A stretch of 64,000 nt of DNA from Oceanispirochaeta sp. Lineage in GTDB: Bacteria; Spirochaetota; Spirochaetia; DSM-2461. The notes beneath the pieces were generated by a model. The model was given only the letters and a program-made list of their open reading frames with translations, was not told where the DNA came from and searched no databases. Below are positions 60,701 through 64,000 of this stretch, in pieces. The position numbers and the translations under genes were made by a program. How positions within the stretch are numbered: position 1 is the stretch's first letter; each line of letters begins with the position of its first letter. The stretch covers positions 1,536,001-1,600,000 of the forward strand of contig CAXXXD010000002.1 of assembly GCA_963663385.2 (NCBI GenBank), in the 5' to 3' direction.

Positions 60701-62200
60701 ATGAATGAAGACTATGTCTTGCAACTGAAAAATATTAAGAAGGAATACCCCGGTGTAATGGCGCTTAAAGATGTATCTCTTAACGTCAGGCCGGGTGAAA
60801 TCCTTGGACTGATTGGTGAAAATGGGGCGGGGAAGTCTACACTGATTAAAACATGTTCCGGTGCCGTTATTCCGACATCCGGAAAAATAGTAGTTAATGG
60901 CAAAGAGTTTGAGCATATGAGTCCCCAGTTGGCCCAGGAAAATGGTATTGCCATTATTTATCAGGAATTTAATAACGTAAGTGAATTGTCTGCAGCTGAA
61001 AACCTGTTTCTGGGTAATCCCATCAGAAAAGGGATAATGATTGATCGCAAGGCCATGGAAAAGGAAGCCGAGAAAGCATTTGCCCAGTTGAATATCAAGA
61101 TTGATCCAAAAGTACTGGTTGGGGAGCTGACAGTCGGCTATCAGCAGATGATTGAGATTGCCAAAGCAATCCGTCTGGATGCCAAAGTACTCATTATGGA
61201 TGAGCCTTCCGCTCCTTTGACAAATGTGGAGGTAGAAAGCCTTTATAAGGTTTGTGAACTCCTCAAGTCAAAAGGTGTTTCCATTATTTATATATCCCAT
61301 AAACTCGAAGAAATTTTTAAACTGTCCAGTAGAATTGTTGTTTTAAGGGACGGTGAGTATATAGATACACTGCAAACTGCAGAAAGCAACGTAGACGAAC
61401 TGATCCAGTTAATGGTCGGTCGGGAACTGAAAGATACATTTCCTCCCAGAGACCCTGTACCCGAAGAGGCCGAGGTTGTTTTTGAAGCTCAGGATGTTTC
61501 CGGAAACGGTGATCACAATGTAAATCTGAAGATCAGAAAGGGCGAGGTTCTGGGACTGGGCGGTCTTGTAGGCGCCGGTAGAACCGAATTCGCCCAGATG
61601 GTATTTGGAGCCCATCATAAAACTGATGGAAAATTCTTTTTTAAGGGAAAGGAAATCAGTCCCATGTCGCCCCGGGAAGCCATTGATTTGGGGATAGCCC
61701 TTGTTCCGGAAGACAGAAAACGACACGGTGCTCTTCTGGGAATTTCCGTTAAAAATAATATCAATATGCCAATCTATCAGAGCATTTCAAAGTTATCGGT
61801 AATAGATTCTTCGAAGGAAACCGTAATTACCGAAAAATACCGGAACGAACTAATGATAAAGACTCCTACCATTCAGCAGAAAGTAAAAAACCTGAGCGGT
61901 GGAAACCAGCAGAAAGTTATTCTGGGAAAATGGCTGGCCGCCAATTCGGAACTGATTATCCTTGACGAACCTACCAGGGGAATCGATGTCGGGGCAAAGT
62001 TTGAAATCTACAAGCTGATTAATCAGCTGGTGGAAATTGGCAAAACCGTACTGCTTATCTCGTCAGAAATGGAAGAGCTGATGGGTATGTCCGACCGGAT
62101 AGTTGTCTTTGCGGAAGGGCGGATAACGGGTGAACTGAAGAAAGAGGAATTTGAGCAGCACCTGATTTTAAAAATGGCATCTGATGTTCAGGAGGATTAA
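60701..62200 (+). CDS. Sugar ABC ATPase with two nucleotide-binding domains (RbsA-like)
   Basis: GENGAGKSTL, MDEPS, LSGGNQQK, DEPTRGIDVGAK. Confidence 0.97.
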   Translation: MNEDYVLQLKNIKKEYPGVMALKDVSLNVRPGEILGLIGENGAGKSTLIKTCSGAVIPTSGKIVVNGKEFEHMSPQLAQENGIAIIYQEFNNVSELSAAENLFLGNPIRKGIMIDRKAMEKEAEKAFAQLNIKIDPKVLVGELTVGYQQMIEIAKAIRLDAKVLIMDEPSAPLTNVEVESLYKVCELLKSKGVSIIYISHKLEEIFKLSSRIVVLRDGEYIDTLQTAESNVDELIQLMVGRELKDTFPPRDPVPEEAEVVFEAQDVSGNGDHNVNLKIRKGEVLGLGGLVGAGRTEFAQMVFGAHHKTDGKFFFKGKEISPMSPREAIDLGIALVPEDRKRHGALLGISVKNNINMPIYQSISKLSVIDSSKETVITEKYRNELMIKTPTIQQKVKNLSGGNQQKVILGKWLAANSELIILDEPTRGIDVGAKFEIYKLINQLVEIGKTVLLISSEMEELMGMSDRIVVFAEGRITGELKKEEFEQHLILKMASDVQED

Positions 62201-62202
62201 GG

Positions 62203-63150
62203 ATGAAGGAAAAAATTGTAAATAGAATCAAAAAGAGCGCCATCTGGTTCGTTCTTTTAATGTTGGTTGTGATTTTTACATCGGCCAACCCCAGGTTCCT
62301 GTCTATGAATAACCTTTTTACGGTTGCCAGGCAGGTTTCCATGTATGGTATTGCTTCCATCGGTATGACTTTTGTTATTCTGATTGCGGGAATTGATCTA
62401 TCTACCGGTTCGATCATTACCATTGTCAATGTTGTGTGTGCCTATCTGATGGTAAACATGGGACTTGGCATGGTTGAAGCTGTATCGCTCTCTATTGTTA
62501 TGGCTACCGTTATTGGTCTACTCAACGGTATGCTGATTTCAACTATCGGTATTCCGGCCATTATTGCTACATTTGCCACCCAAACCATATTTGCCGGTAT
62601 TGCCTACCTGATTTCTGGGGGAACACCTATTTATGGATTTGATCCAAGATTTAAAATTATCGGTCAGGGGTATCTGGGGCCTGTTCCTGTTCCGGTAATC
62701 ATCATGGCTGTATGTTTTGCGGCAGGTGCCTTTATTCTTAACAAAACCTACTTCGGCCGGTATTTTTATGCTGTAGGTGGTAACGAGGAGGCTTCCGAGC
62801 TGTCCGGTATCCGTGTTGGACGCGTTAAATACCTGATTTACGCTCTGTCCGGTCTGTTTGCCGGTCTGGCCGGTATTGTAATGCTTTCCAGAACCAACTC
62901 TGCCCAGCCAACTGCCGGTCTAGGGTATGAATTTGATGTTATTACCTGTGTTGTACTGGGCGGTGTGTCCATTGTCGGCGGTTTCGGGAAAATCTCCGGG
63001 GTTATTGCGGGTGTTCTTATTATCGGTGTTCTGACAAATGGTATGGTACTCCTCAATGTAAGCAACTATACGCAAATGGTCGTAAAAGGCCTTGTTCTGA
63101 TTCTTGCGGTAGGTTTCGATACTCTGCAGAAGAAGAGGGCTATCGTCTGA
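62203..63150 (+). CDS. Sugar ABC permease (RbsC-like)
   Basis: GIDLSTGS, GRYFYAVGGNEEAS, VVLGGVS. Confidence 0.96.
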   Translation: MKEKIVNRIKKSAIWFVLLMLVVIFTSANPRFLSMNNLFTVARQVSMYGIASIGMTFVILIAGIDLSTGSIITIVNVVCAYLMVNMGLGMVEAVSLSIVMATVIGLLNGMLISTIGIPAIIATFATQTIFAGIAYLISGGTPIYGFDPRFKIIGQGYLGPVPVPVIIMAVCFAAGAFILNKTYFGRYFYAVGGNEEASELSGIRVGRVKYLIYALSGLFAGLAGIVMLSRTNSAQPTAGLGYEFDVITCVVLGGVSIVGGFGKISGVIAGVLIIGVLTNGMVLLNVSNYTQMVVKGLVLILAVGFDTLQKKRAIV

Positions 63151-63161
63151 TTTTTCTCCGG

Positions 63162-63189
63162 GCCATGGGATATGGGGTTATCCCATGGC
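63162..63189. terminator. Hairpin between convergent genes
   Basis: GCCATGGGATA-N6-TATCCCATGGC, 11-bp stem. Confidence 0.65.
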
Positions 63190-63249
63190 TATAAGTCAGG
63201 CAGTTGTATTATTCCAGTTTTAATTACTGTTAAAGGAATCTATTGAACT

Positions 63250-63558
63250 CTAAGACGACAGGTCAATCGACTCTCTCAGTTTTCCCATCTTTCTTGCCAT
63301 ACCTTCCAGATCACAGAGGGTATGGATAAATCCTTCTGCCTTTTTATAGGAGATTAAACCTCCCCCGGTAAAAAAGCTGTAATAAACAGGATCGGGAACT
63401 GAGGGGAAATCTTCTATGGATATTTTACCTGCCTCTCCTACTATCTCCTCTGGTTCCAGATGACTTATCCCGCCCCGCAGAATATAACGCCCCGGGCAGC
63501 CCGGCAGGGGCTTCCAGTTATAACGGTGCAGCAGCGTATTAAAATAGTCCGCTTTCAT
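63250..63558 (-). CDS. Hypothetical protein
   Basis: 102-aa ORF with motif-like WKPLPGCPGRY and GGGLISY...IHTL; directly follows sixA. Confidence 0.75.
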   Translation of the reverse strand: MKADYFNTLLHRYNWKPLPGCPGRYILRGGISHLEPEEIVGEAGKISIEDFPSVPDPVYYSFFTGGGLISYKKAEGFIHTLCDLEGMARKMGKLRESIDLSS

Positions 63559-63579
63559 ATACTTTCAATTTAACGCCCT

Positions 63580-64000
63580 TCAGGGAATATCCGGATGAAT
63601 AATCCACTTAATAAGCCATTTACCTTCTCTGTTTTCCAGGGATATTACAGCGGAGTTCCTGAACTGAACCGGACAGGCATCACCCTTCCCTGAGAGCAAT
63701 CGGGACAGCAGGTGGGAGAGATAGGGCAGGTGCCCCACAATCAGCAGATCCCTGCTACTGGTCCGAATCTCTTCCAGAAGAGGCTCGACGGAATCATCGG
63801 GAGCAAGCTGGGGATGTTCTGTGATTCCTCTATTATTTAGAAGCTTTTCTGCAAATAACTCTGCGGTCTGTCTGGCCCTCAGTTTATCGGAATGGAAAAT
63901 CTCCAGCGGCGGAGGATCCGTTTTATAAAGCAGGGAGGCTGTTTTGATTGTTTCGGCAATCCCGTCCCTGTTCAGTCCACGCTGTGGTTCTTCATCCTTT
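63580..64000 (-). CDS. sixA: Phosphohistidine phosphatase SixA, 5'-truncated by the window edge (not in the ORF track)
   Basis: Manual translation: KDEEPQRGLNRDG...HSDKLRARQTA...LAPDD...LLIVGHLPYL...WLIKWII. Confidence 0.85.
   Translation of the reverse strand, partial: KDEEPQRGLNRDGIAETIKTASLLYKTDPPPLEIFHSDKLRARQTAELFAEKLLNNRGITEHPQLAPDDSVEPLLEEIRTSSRDLLIVGHLPYLSHLLSRLLSGKGDACPVQFRNSAVISLENREGKWLIKWIIHPDIP

Overview
Chromosomal window from a spirochaete, probably a free-living Spirochaetaceae member; the evidence is FlbB, FlgE with the lysinoalanine residues, and FlhB with a QWFA N-terminal motif. Bases 1-37000 are one uninterrupted + strand gene string: fliF(partial)-fliGHIJ-flbB-fliK-flgDE-flbD-motAB-fliLMY-fliOPQR-flhBAFG-orf-fliA-fapA and two small genes. 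This runs directly into an orphan, divergent CheA-like kinase and a complete V/A-type ATPase operon (G/H,C,I,K,F,E,A,B,D) ending in a universal stress protein and a PTS IIA protein. Bases 37000-64000 are mixed metabolic and accessory genes. They include a Prune/PPX1-like DHH phosphatase, an orphan His-rich metal-binding protein with a DtxR-family operator, a CYTH-Nudix fusion and a membrane adenylate cyclase. A small decaying patch follows (LysE gene with an in-frame TGA, toxin-antitoxin remnant, IS3-family remnant that truncated a gene). Further on are parvulin, a NitT/TauT ABC transporter, a BoxC/REP-like foldback element, a NYN-LOTUS RNase, two identical tRNA-Phe genes, rsmE, yhbY, dCMP deaminase, carbonic anhydrase and an exported MsrAB. 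The window ends with an ECF sigma/anti-sigma/mini-MotA operon, a ROK-SDR-sugar ABC locus and a partial sixA. The best candidates for undescribed biology are the ECF/mini-MotA operon, the CheA-like kinase-V-ATPase-USP-PTS IIA unit, the degenerate CYTH-Nudix fusion, and a shared Cys-free A|xG(Q/A)(Q/E)(D/E) N-terminal motif on exported soluble proteins. All calls come from reading motifs by eye; no searches were run.
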